A DNA stretch of 64,000 nucleotides, from the NCBI GenBank assembly GCA_045105515.1, contig JBGCDR010000064.1, forward strand, positions 1,460 to 65,459. Direction: 5' to 3'. Positions 1-8,540 of this stretch are shown piece after piece; the first letter of the stretch is position 1; each line of letters starts with the position of its first letter. The notes under the pieces are model-generated. The model made no database searches. It was not told the origin of the DNA and worked only from the letters and a program-made list of their open reading frames with translations. A program made the position numbers and the translations under genes. The DNA comes from Oligoflexales bacterium. Its GTDB lineage: Bacteria > Bdellovibrionota_B > Oligoflexia > Oligoflexales > Bog-1112.

Positions 1-418
1 CCTCTTTAACTGAGGCAAATAGCTTGCTTCGCTCCATGGTGCATGTATCTGAGTCAAAGGGTGCATAAAATAAATCACCCCTACTTTTATCAACTCCAAG
101 TATTGTGGCCCCTTCAAAAATACTACCATTGTGAAATTCTAATCTTATTTGATCGCATTCCTCGATCCCGTACTTGTTAATTTTGCTGCAATAAGTCTTT
201 TTCGAGGAAGTAGCCTGTAAAATATGCCAATTTCCATTAATTCCCTGATAATCGCTGATTTCTTTATGGGAATTAGCTATTGATACCGTTCCACCGATTG
301 GAAAACCATCGAAATCAAGCCTCATAAAACCTGATTTATTAGCCAGACCAAAGGACTCAGCAGCAGAATTCCAGGCTAAGCTATACTTTTGTTTTAAGTT
401 ATTACTAGAAGTTACCAA
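1..418 (-). CDS. hypothetical protein, partial (runs off left edge)
   Basis: Not in the supplied track. I checked the minus-strand frame codon by codon and it is stop-free from 418 down to position 2 (139 codons) in AT-rich DNA. Possible starts are TTG 416-418 (overlaps the stop of the upstream gene) or ATG 323-325. No recognisable domain. Confidence 0.35.
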   Translation of the reverse strand, partial: MVTSSNNLKQKYSLAWNSAAESFGLANKSGFMRLDFDGFPIGGTVSIANSHKEISDYQGINGNWHILQATSSKKTYCSKINKYGIEECDQIRLEFHNGSIFEGATILGVDKSRGDLFYAPFDSDTCTMERSKLFASVKE

Positions 419-1311
419 GACAATATGTCTAAATACTTGGATTTGATATTATCCTTACCATCAACATAACCCTCTTCATCAAATGTAATGTAGCACTGGC
501 ATACAGTTGCGTAATTTGCTGCACAAAGATGTGAAGCACCAAAACTATCGGAAAACCAGCACCATTTCGTTTCCGATTCTATTAGAAGAAAATCTTCCCC
601 TACTTGGTCCAGGACATCTTTTTTACTCATCCCAGGAGCAATCTTAATACCGATTTCAGCATCATCTTGTTCCATCACAGGAATTTCGATGGCAGAATTT
701 TCTGATTTTTCACAGGCATAATTTGTAATTTTCGATTGAAATTCATTTAAAATAATGGGCTGTTCTTTTTCTGAAAGTAAAACTGACTTATCAATGGCTG
801 AAAAATTATAACAAATCCTTATGGTTTCATGCTCATTACTTAAGATAACTCCGATTCTTTTATTCGCCCGAACCTTATATTCTGAGTCCTCTGCCTTAGT
901 GGGCAATGCGATTGAAAAATCACCATTATGACCCACGTATGCTTCTCTCTGGTACCCTCGATTTTGCACCGAAGAAATATAGACTGTCATGTTTTGCCAT
1001 AAATCTTTAAAGCCAATTTCAGCATCGAAGAAGACTTCATAGGATTCATCATAACCTGCAGCAATTACCTTTTCCTTCAAATTTTCTGATTCCTGAGTGT
1101 AAAAATCCTCAAGGTCATCGTATGGAAGGCCATCCACTGACACTTCAAACGCATTCGAAATATAACCTTCAAATAACAGTTCACCTTCCTCACTTTCTTC
1201 GACGGAAACTGCTTGGCTAAATTCATTTATCTCAGAACTGGAACTCGAACTTTGCTCAAGATCATCTCCACATGCTGATAATAGAATAGTAGCAATGATT
1301 AAGTATCTCAT
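412..1311 (-). CDS. putative lipoprotein, unknown function
   Basis: Track ORF 412-1362 trimmed to ATG 1309-1311, which is preceded by AGGAGG. N-terminus MRYLIIATILLSAC is a signal peptide plus lipobox Cys, followed by an acidic Ser/Glu-rich linker. No known domain recognised. Confidence 0.6.
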   Translation of the reverse strand: MRYLIIATILLSACGDDLEQSSSSSSEINEFSQAVSVEESEEGELLFEGYISNAFEVSVDGLPYDDLEDFYTQESENLKEKVIAAGYDESYEVFFDAEIGFKDLWQNMTVYISSVQNRGYQREAYVGHNGDFSIALPTKAEDSEYKVRANKRIGVILSNEHETIRICYNFSAIDKSVLLSEKEQPIILNEFQSKITNYACEKSENSAIEIPVMEQDDAEIGIKIAPGMSKKDVLDQVGEDFLLIESETKWCWFSDSFGASHLCAANYATVCQCYITFDEEGYVDGKDNIKSKYLDILSW

Positions 1312-1416
1312 ATGTAATCCTCCTAAAATAAAAGACGGCCTTGGCCAAGAATTCTTGGCCACATTATGATTTATGTTACGGCATAGCTATTGTCATCTGG
1401 GGTCACTAGGTCGATT

Positions 1417-2934
1417 TTAACTTGGCTTATATATTGGAACTACTACACATCTCTTTTTGGAAAAATCATTATTAACAGCTTCAAAATCAGATAATTTTGA
1501 GTTTTCAGTAGTGCCATCATCAAAGATATCTAGTTCATCATCTTCTAGATCATACTCAAGACACCATTCTTTCAATATGCTTTCTGACTCCTTACAGCCA
1601 TTTTTAGCAGCTATTGAAAAATAGTTTTTAGCCGCCTTGAAATTTCTGATACACCCAGTTCCATGAAAGAAAATCTTTCCTAAACTAAGACTTGCGTAAT
1701 AGCTGCCCATTTCCTGGGCGTTATGATAATAGACTAGGGACTCTTCTATATTCTTTTCACATCCTACACCGAAAAATAGACACTCAGCTAGATAAACATG
1801 TCCATCTGTGTAGCCCTCATCAGCTGCCATCTGAAGCCAAAAAACTCCTTCATTCTCCATAAGAAAAGGATTTTTATCAAAACCTAACTTCCCGAGCTCC
1901 ATCATACAAGTATTTGACCCCAATTCTGCTCCCTTCCTTAAAAGATTGATATGGGTCTTATTTGGAGTAGCTTTTGAACAAGTTAGGTATTGAGCTGCCA
2001 TAATTTGAGATACATAGCAGCCTCGCCTAGCATTTTTCAAATGCTGCCTTGCCATAAAAAGAGGCTTATGACCATGGTCAACTACGTTGCCCTCTAAAAC
2101 CGCATATCTTGCGATTGCTTGCTTAAAGCCAGCAGCTAATCGTGCATACTCTTTTATTATTTGTAGGTCTTGAGTTACACCGTCACCAAACCTGTATCTT
2201 TGTATTTGAGCAACAATAGCCGGTAAATACCCTTGATATGAAAGTCGTTTCAAATTGGCATCGAGCTCTGCTTTTAAGTTAAGATCTGAGTCGTCACCAC
2301 CCAATTCCTGCAGCTTTCTCATGCAATACTCATATTCAGCATCTGGGAGTCCTAATTCTTTTAGATTTGAGTCTAGTTCTGTCTCAAAATTATAATGCTT
2401 GCTAAGAAGATATTCCGCATAGGAAGCCAATGTATTTCCATTTTTAATCTCATGATTCAATCTATAAAAATTTTCTCCAGGATTAAGCCCTAATATCAAT
2501 CCGGTTGCATTTAGGAAGGCAAGATGTAATTTAGCCTCCTCATGATCAAGAAGGCTTGCTTTTTGTAACCAAAGTTCTGCCTCTTTTCTTTTCTGTTTGC
2601 AACCTTGACCTAATAAATAAGCTTTACCTAACAAGAAGCAAGATCTGGGATCTCCAGTCTGTGCAGAAAGCTTAAATAATCTTAATGCCTTTTCCTGATC
2701 TTGAATTCCACCAATTCCATTAAATAAGAGTTCTCCGTAGCTTCTGTGTCCAATATATAGGCCTAAATCTGAGGCTTTTTTATACCAAGCTGCAGCTTGT
2801 TCATAGTCTTGCTTCACGTAACGTCCTTCAAAATAAAAATTTCCAAGTTTCCACATAGCATAACGTAGACCAGAATTTGCTGCTTTCTCAACTCTTTCTA
2901 AACAATTTGATAAGTTAATTTGATGGTCATTCAT
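1417..2934 (-). CDS. Sel1-like (SLR/TPR-type) repeat protein
   Basis: Multiple Sel1-type repeats, e.g. GNFYFEGRYVKQDYEQAAAWYKKASDLG, LGKAYLLGQGCKQKRKEAELWLQKAS, LGKIFFHGTGCIRNFKAAKNYFSIAAKNG. Track ORF starts at TTG 3033; trimmed to ATG 2932-2934 (MNDHQ...) with an upstream GGAG. Confidence 0.8.
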   Translation of the reverse strand: MNDHQINLSNCLERVEKAANSGLRYAMWKLGNFYFEGRYVKQDYEQAAAWYKKASDLGLYIGHRSYGELLFNGIGGIQDQEKALRLFKLSAQTGDPRSCFLLGKAYLLGQGCKQKRKEAELWLQKASLLDHEEAKLHLAFLNATGLILGLNPGENFYRLNHEIKNGNTLASYAEYLLSKHYNFETELDSNLKELGLPDAEYEYCMRKLQELGGDDSDLNLKAELDANLKRLSYQGYLPAIVAQIQRYRFGDGVTQDLQIIKEYARLAAGFKQAIARYAVLEGNVVDHGHKPLFMARQHLKNARRGCYVSQIMAAQYLTCSKATPNKTHINLLRKGAELGSNTCMMELGKLGFDKNPFLMENEGVFWLQMAADEGYTDGHVYLAECLFFGVGCEKNIEESLVYYHNAQEMGSYYASLSLGKIFFHGTGCIRNFKAAKNYFSIAAKNGCKESESILKEWCLEYDLEDDELDIFDDGTTENSKLSDFEAVNNDFSKKRCVVVPIYKPS

Positions 2935-2986
2935 AGTTAAATATCTCCAATTAATAGTTGCAGTTCTTTTTAAAATATAGATACAC

Positions 2987-3118
2987 TTATTTATCAGATG
3001 ATCTCCACTTAATTTGACGAAATGTTTTGACAAGTTTTATTGCACAAAATCCTGCTACGAACGACCATTTAAGAGTATTAAGTATCGTTTGTTTTGATTG
3101 TTTTGATAGCTGACTCAT
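2987..3118 (-). CDS. possible 43-aa small hydrophobic/basic peptide
   Basis: Not in the track (too short). ATG 3116-3118 is preceded by AAGGAG at about 7-nt spacing. Translation is MSQLSKQSKQTILNTLKWSFVAGFCAIKLVKTFRQIKWRSSDK, ending at TAA. It lies directly upstream of the Sel1 gene. Confidence 0.3.
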   Translation of the reverse strand: MSQLSKQSKQTILNTLKWSFVAGFCAIKLVKTFRQIKWRSSDK

Positions 3119-3168
3119 ATATTTTCTCCTTACCTTGTGATACTAGTAATATTTAACCGATTGGCTTT

Positions 3169-3417
3169 TTAATATCCTAAATCCCCAAATACCTTGTACC
3201 TCTTCACTACTCTTTCTATTTCCTGGACAGATTGATAATTGCGACCAACGAATATCTTCCAATGCTTTGGTTTGATAAAAATATTGTGTTTTAGAGATGC
3301 CAACTTGAACAATGCTCGAACATATTTAGGCCCTAAATAAAGTGGCTTACTTAAGCTATCAAAATCACTAGCCACTTGGATTACCTCGTTATTTGTTTTA
3401 ATCATTACTAAGCTCAT
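3169..3417 (-). CDS. hypothetical small protein (82 aa)
   Basis: Track ORF begins at TTG 3432. The internal ATG 3415-3417 is preceded by GAAGGAGG, which is a better start. No domain recognised. Confidence 0.45.
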   Translation of the reverse strand: MSLVMIKTNNEVIQVASDFDSLSKPLYLGPKYVRALFKLASLKHNIFIKPKHWKIFVGRNYQSVQEIERVVKRYKVFGDLGY

Positions 3418-3608
3418 GTCTACCTCCTTCAAAAAAGTTATATAATTTATCGAGCCAACCCATGACAGGTGAGGTCACGATAATAAATCAATTAATTCAA
3501 TCTCTTATACTATGACCTGATATGTCACTACGGATCCCGAAAGATCCTTATGTATGCAGCTAAATTGCTGTAAATATATGCCGATGATCTGGACTGGGAG
3601 GAAATACA

Positions 3609-4622
3609 ATGAAGGGTCGTAATGCACAGGTTTCACGAATCTATAAGATTCTAAATATATTGGAGGGAGCTCCACACGGCCTTTCGGTCTCAGATCTCCA
3701 CGAGCGCTTGCATGACCGAGGGTTTGAGGTAGAAAAGAGGACTGTCTACCGTGACCTCGATGCCTTAAAGGCTGCAGGGTTCCCTCTAAATGAAAAAGGC
3801 ACCGATGATGTCAATGGCACTCGCTGGACCTTAGAAAAAACCACCAAAGTTAGCCATTATTTGGTCTTAGATTCACGAGAATTGGTTGCACTTTACCTTG
3901 CACGAGGGATGCTGGCACCTCTTAAAGATACTCCTTTTTTTGAAGATTTAACATCCGCTTTCGGTAAAATTGATGAAAAGCTAACCAGCAAAGGTCAAGA
4001 TTTCTTAAATGAAGTCTCCAATGAATTCTATTTTGAACCAGGCCCTAAATGGGGCCTTGGACTTAATCCTGACATCATAGATACAGTAAGAGCCGCTTGT
4101 ACTGAGCGTCAAAAAATAAAAGTCAATTATTCTTCCAGCAACAGTCAATCAACCACAGACAGGGTATTGGGACCGCAATTCCTATATTTTTCTAAAGGAT
4201 CACTTTACCTAGTAGCAGAAGATATTGATGCTGGTAAAAACAAGATTTTCAGCCTACCTAGAATGAATCATGCAGAAATGCTTGACGAGCCATATGAAGG
4301 CGAAATAGTGGATCCAGAAAACTACTTTGATAGTGCTTTTGGAATCTACCATGCTTCTAAAACAGAGCAGATAAAACTGGAGTTTTCTCCTCCCATTGCG
4401 GCTTTCATTAGTGAAAGAAGATGGCATCGCTCACAGCGTGTGGTATCTCGTCAAGGTGGAAAGATAGAAATGCATCTTGAAGTCGGCGTAACGCCAGAGC
4501 TTCTGCAATGGATTCTTAGCTACGGACCTTCGGTTAAAGTTTTAGAACCTGAAACACTTCAAGAACAAGTGCATGAGCAAGTTCAAAAAACTATTGAAGT
4601 CTATAGAAACAAAGCTTCCTGA
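3609..4622 (+). CDS. WYL-domain transcriptional regulator (HTH-WYL-WCX, YafY/BrxR/CapW-like architecture)
   Basis: N-terminal winged HTH (RIYKILNILEGAPHGLSVSDLHERL...RTVYRDLDALKAAGFPL). Central WYL-like segment (GSLYLVAEDIDAGKNKIFSLPRMNHAEML). C-terminal extension. GGGAGG RBS before the ATG. Confidence 0.8.
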   Translation: MKGRNAQVSRIYKILNILEGAPHGLSVSDLHERLHDRGFEVEKRTVYRDLDALKAAGFPLNEKGTDDVNGTRWTLEKTTKVSHYLVLDSRELVALYLARGMLAPLKDTPFFEDLTSAFGKIDEKLTSKGQDFLNEVSNEFYFEPGPKWGLGLNPDIIDTVRAACTERQKIKVNYSSSNSQSTTDRVLGPQFLYFSKGSLYLVAEDIDAGKNKIFSLPRMNHAEMLDEPYEGEIVDPENYFDSAFGIYHASKTEQIKLEFSPPIAAFISERRWHRSQRVVSRQGGKIEMHLEVGVTPELLQWILSYGPSVKVLEPETLQEQVHEQVQKTIEVYRNKAS

Positions 4623-4712
4623 AACTCTGCTTATTGTCCAATAATTTTTTTAAAGTCTGTTGTAGCGATTGTCTCTTAGGCTGGTTTATTGGTGGAATCA
4701 CAGGACACGCAT

Positions 4713-5021
4713 TTATAAACGAGCTGCCATCCAATCAAGAAATACCTTTGGAAGCTCTAATTCACAAGCTTTATCATAAAGATCAAAACTACTAGCAAAC
4801 AAGTATTTTTCATCAAACCATTCAAATCGGTCTTTTTCGCTTTGCTCCTTATAAATTACATTATTAGCATTTAAATACAGCTTAAAACAAGAAGAATGCT
4901 CTGCTCGTTCAACTCTAAACTGCTGCATTTTATTTATGTTTATATACTCATAGTAGTAAATAATTTGAATCGGGGCTGAGTTCTTTTCAATAACAAGTAG
5001 GAATTTATCTGCCTGATTCAT
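4713..5021 (-). CDS. hypothetical protein, third gene of the MoxR/VWA operon
   Basis: Its start overlaps the stop of the upstream gene by 4 nt (5018-5021), suggesting translational coupling. No domain recognised. Confidence 0.5.
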   Translation of the reverse strand: MNQADKFLLVIEKNSAPIQIIYYYEYININKMQQFRVERAEHSSCFKLYLNANNVIYKEQSEKDRFEWFDEKYLFASSFDLYDKACELELPKVFLDWMAARL

Positions 5022-6472
5022 ACCTTGGCTCGCATATAGGTTTGCTCATCGATTAGCTGGGGTAGATTAATGATTACAAGATTTACTCTTTGATCAGCTA
5101 TGGCTTCTTCAAGCCCGTAAACTTCTTCATCTGTGCAGTAATATATGGTTAATGGCTCTTTAGGAAGCTCGTTACCATATAGGTAAGATAGAATTTCACT
5201 ATTATGTTCGGTGGTCCAGGCGGTTCCACCGCATCCCATAAGAGTTACCGAGCCAGAAGCAATATTTTCGATGGGATAAAGCTCCACGTCACAGCAAAAA
5301 GCATGCTCTATCAATCGGCGTTTCATCATATGAAAGGCTAAACTTGCCATATTTTCCATGATAAGTGGCATCCACATGGACCCTGAGGTATCGACCACCA
5401 AAACTGATGAGGACTTCTTATCACGACTGCGAGTAAGCATCCTTCCTGGAGCGTCAGCTACAAACATATGAGGTCTGTGGTAGCTACGCCTTATTTTGGG
5501 GTGCTTGACCTGTGCAGCTGTTATCGTATTTTTAACGATCTGCAAGATCTTTTGAATAGCTTTATTAACTTCCTTACGCGCCTGATGGGTCTCGCTAAAA
5601 TCGTCTCCCTCAAGGCAAGGTACATCTGAATTATGAGCCTCTAGTTGAGCTTCAATCATTTTCTTACTTTCGCCTTCAGCTCTCATAAGGGAACGGTCAA
5701 TTGCAGCGAGCTCATCATCGTGCAGCAAGTGCTCTGCTGGTGCTGATCCTGAAATTTTGCGTAAGATTTGTCGATCTACGATCAACTGGGCAAGCTGAGG
5801 TTCTTTTCTCACCCTCTGGGCTAAGGACTGAATCATAGCCCTTGCATAATAAACCCAATCTTGGCCCCGTTCCAAAGGTGTTCCAACAATTTTCTCCAAA
5901 AAATCAACGGTAACTGGCTCAACATCAGCTGCTTCTTCATCAGCTTTGGCTTCGGACTCACCTCTATGAAGCTTTGTCAGGCGCCCAACTCTAGAGAAAA
6001 TATTGCGTTCGAATAGCCTCACGATATCCTCGTGAATAGCAGCATCCGCGGCTAAATTAAAAATGTGGTGCTTGTATTCTAAGTCAGTATTGATATCTGT
6101 GATTCCGTACTTGCGTGCAATCCCAGGAGGTAAAATATCTAAGAGTGCACTGGTCAAAGGTTTACAGTTGACTAGTTTTGACCAATCATAAGTTCCTCGC
6201 ACCTGAGTCAAATGCCGTAATTCATGCATCAGTAGAAAGTAGCAAGCCTGGTGATCCTCTTGATAATGGGCTACCACAACCGGATGAAGGTAGATGGTGA
6301 TTTGCTCGCGTGTATAGATGGCAGCTAAGCTGTCAATCTCCTCAGAAATGACAATCCTGGCTTGTGAGAAGGTTGCCAGGGTCACAAACATACGCCTTGT
6401 TGCAAGCCAAGTAGCAAAACCCCCTCTAATAGCGTAAAGCTCGTTTGATAAGCCTTGAAACGTCTGATCCAT
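5018..6472 (-). CDS. putative zinc metallopeptidase domain + VWA-like domain protein (DUF2201-type architecture)
   Basis: HExxH motif in LLMHELRHLTQ in the N-terminal half. The C-terminal half has VLVVDTSGSM, a VWA MIDAS-like DxSxS motif. It sits 3 nt downstream of the AAA+ gene. Confidence 0.7.
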   Translation of the reverse strand: MDQTFQGLSNELYAIRGGFATWLATRRMFVTLATFSQARIVISEEIDSLAAIYTREQITIYLHPVVVAHYQEDHQACYFLLMHELRHLTQVRGTYDWSKLVNCKPLTSALLDILPPGIARKYGITDINTDLEYKHHIFNLAADAAIHEDIVRLFERNIFSRVGRLTKLHRGESEAKADEEAADVEPVTVDFLEKIVGTPLERGQDWVYYARAMIQSLAQRVRKEPQLAQLIVDRQILRKISGSAPAEHLLHDDELAAIDRSLMRAEGESKKMIEAQLEAHNSDVPCLEGDDFSETHQARKEVNKAIQKILQIVKNTITAAQVKHPKIRRSYHRPHMFVADAPGRMLTRSRDKKSSSVLVVDTSGSMWMPLIMENMASLAFHMMKRRLIEHAFCCDVELYPIENIASGSVTLMGCGGTAWTTEHNSEILSYLYGNELPKEPLTIYYCTDEEVYGLEEAIADQRVNLVIINLPQLIDEQTYMRAKV

Positions 6473-6475
6473 AAC

Positions 6476-7558
6476 TTACCTCGGAACCAGTTTGCCAATG
6501 CGAATCGCATACCATTGCCAGGGCTTACCAGGAACTTCAATTGGTTTTGGCTCGCTACCGTGCCTACTTGTTAGATTAAAAAGACTACCATCAGAACGTC
6601 TTGGTACACCTCTATAGGAAAAGCTAAGGCCATGGACCTGCATAGACCTACACACCTCCGGGGATGCATATTCAAGCAGGTAGTTGGCAATATGGGGAAT
6701 CCTGTCTACGTAGCGCATCTGCTGGCAAAGAAAGTTAACAACCTCCAAGACCCCGCCCTTTTGTTCTGCTCGGTATACCCTGGAAAGTTCTTGTTCGTTA
6801 ATTTCTTCTGGGAGGATCTTAGCTTGCCCAGAAAGATACATTTCAATCTTAATTGCTAGCTCAGTGCCTTTTTCTATCCCAATGCGCCCACGACAGACTG
6901 CCATAAGGTTTTCCCCGGATAGGCCAGTCTCGGCTAAAGTAGCACAAGCATCAATCTGACGCGGGCAAGGTTTGAGGAGGTCGTGAATTGGATATTTTGA
7001 AGGATGCTGTATGAATTCGCTTTCGTTTTCAAGTAGCTTTTGAGCTAATCTACTGCGCATGTTATCTATGGATTCTCTAGGACTTGGAGCATGAATAAGA
7101 TGGGTTAACCTTTGCATTACCGCATCAGGCATGTCTCTTACCCCATGGTCTTCTTCAGCAAAGTTTGAAGAAGCAATTATGAGCACATGATCAGGTATTT
7201 TGTAACCAAAAACGCAGCGATCTAAAAGAAGTTCTGTCAAGATGTTGAATGTTTCTTCATTTGCACGAGTTAGTTCATCCAAAAAAAGAACTGTTCTTTT
7301 CTTAGTGACAAAAATCTTATGCAGGATTTCTGAAGGGTAAAATTTTACAAAGCCTTTATCACCAATATCTTGAGTTGAAGGAATGAAAAGAGCGAGAGGG
7401 TCCAAATACTGAGCATGAACCGTCATCAGTCTAAAATCCTTCATATCAGCAAAAGCTTTTACCAGGCTAGTCTTACCAAAACCACTGGATCCCCAAAGTA
7501 GGAGGGATTGCTGAGTCTTGTAGTGAGCGAGAAAAATTTTAGAGTAATTTAAAGCCAT
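6476..7558 (-). CDS. MoxR-like / AAA_5-type AAA+ ATPase
   Basis: Walker A GSSGFGKTS and Walker B VLFLDELTRA, followed by IIASSNF. Track start 7642 trimmed to ATG 7556-7558 (MALNYSK...) with a GAGAGGAA RBS. Confidence 0.75.
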   Translation of the reverse strand: MALNYSKIFLAHYKTQQSLLLWGSSGFGKTSLVKAFADMKDFRLMTVHAQYLDPLALFIPSTQDIGDKGFVKFYPSEILHKIFVTKKRTVLFLDELTRANEETFNILTELLLDRCVFGYKIPDHVLIIASSNFAEEDHGVRDMPDAVMQRLTHLIHAPSPRESIDNMRSRLAQKLLENESEFIQHPSKYPIHDLLKPCPRQIDACATLAETGLSGENLMAVCRGRIGIEKGTELAIKIEMYLSGQAKILPEEINEQELSRVYRAEQKGGVLEVVNFLCQQMRYVDRIPHIANYLLEYASPEVCRSMQVHGLSFSYRGVPRRSDGSLFNLTSRHGSEPKPIEVPGKPWQWYAIRIGKLVPR

Positions 7559-7866
7559 TAGTATTCCTCTCTGCAATTTGCAACTCCAGGCAGATCCAAC
7601 ACTCCTGGTTCTAGCAATGCTTATCTGTTGAGGAAACGTCATCTAAGGTCACAGCTTTTATGGGCATTGGTTTCTTTTGCTCACCTTGAACCGCCTATCC
7701 TTCTAATCTCTTGTAATTTAGCAACAAATCCTCAATCAGGTGCTAAGATCTAAGCAATTCGAATCAACAGGGCAACTCAGCAATTGAGGCAGTTATGCTT
7801 GTTGCAACGACCCTTGTCCTTGGATGTCACAGCAATGATCGATTAATTAGAAAAAAGGAGTTTGTT

Positions 7867-8316
7867 ATGAAGTTATTTACATTTTTAATTACGTTTTTAT
7901 TGATTTTCCCATCCCCCGCTTTAGCAAAAGAATCTTGCTCACACTCACCGTCTTCTTTTTCTTGTGTTGAGTATGTCAGAAACTATGATGCTGACACCAT
8001 TACAGTCAATATCCCAGCAATTCATCCACTCTTAGGAAATAAAATTTCCATAAGAGTCGCAGGTGTTGATAGCCCTGAACTTAGATCAAAAAAAGCATGT
8101 GAAAAACAACTTGCTTATGAAGCTAGGGACTATGTCAGGGATATATTAACTAAAGCAAATTCCATAGACCTAAAGAATCTGGAGAGAGGAAAGTATTTTC
8201 GTATCGTAGCTGAAGTTTACATAGATGGAGTTTCTTTAGCAAATATGCTTTTGGACCAGGGTTATGCATACCCTTATGATGGTGGGAAAAAGCCAGCGAT
8301 TGAATGGTGCAAGTAA
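7867..8316 (+). CDS. secreted thermonuclease (staphylococcal nuclease, SNase-like)
   Basis: Signal peptide MKLFTFLITFLLIFPSPALA. SNase hallmarks YDADTITV, IRVAGVDSPE, VAEVYIDGVSLANMLLDQGYAYPY. ATG 7867 is preceded by AAGGAG; the track start 7795 is an upstream extension. Confidence 0.8.
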   Translation: MKLFTFLITFLLIFPSPALAKESCSHSPSSFSCVEYVRNYDADTITVNIPAIHPLLGNKISIRVAGVDSPELRSKKACEKQLAYEARDYVRDILTKANSIDLKNLERGKYFRIVAEVYIDGVSLANMLLDQGYAYPYDGGKKPAIEWCK

Positions 8317-8540
8317 AAAAAAGAGAGATCCATTGCATGTAAGGGGAAATGAATCAATATTAGTGAAAATAACTTAAAAATTCTCAATGATATCAGAGCA
8401 GAACAAATCTTATTCGTTCATTATGCTTAGCATCAAGAATCGTTTCCGATATGTAGCCTGACTGTAGCGGACTGATAAGTCCGGAATGCAAAAGAAATAG
8501 AATATTTTGATAGTTATTGTAAGAAAACAAGGTAGAAAAA

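Noticed and set aside
2935-3033. N-terminal extensions in the supplied track that begin at TTG or GTG upstream of a good ATG plus RBS. Examples are 1417-3033, 412-1362, 6476-7642, 7795-8316, 18595-20388, 22116, 27374, 39208, 46863, 47497, 51512, 55371, 57968 and 59242.
   Set aside because: The extensions lack Shine-Dalgarno sites, often overlap the preceding gene or promoter motif, and add residues before obvious signal peptides or conserved N-termini. I used the trimmed starts, though these remain predictions.
6632-6859. 75-aa plus-strand ORF inside the AAA+ gene. The same issue applies to similar antisense or out-of-frame ORFs inside large genes: 8150-8338, 9446-9679, 9772-10113, 10529-10729, 10796-11077, 11037-11267, 13007-13414, 14774-14956, 18716-18913, 20187-20438, 20592-20774, 21642-21881, 23199-23384, 23948-24157, 33439-33666, 39363-39611, 39825-40052, 40089-40277, 40420-40608, 40826-41044, 40974-41234, 49493-49693, 49927-50118, 50626-50853, 50914-51189, 51664-51912, 54827-55018, 55520-55729, 57736-57960, 60116-60322, 61375-61614, 61615-61824, 62025-62282, 62155-62376 and 63498-63743.
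   Set aside because: Each lies wholly or largely within a longer ORF that has clear domain signatures. None has a convincing RBS, and their translations are low-complexity or hydrophobic nonsense typical of shadow ORFs.
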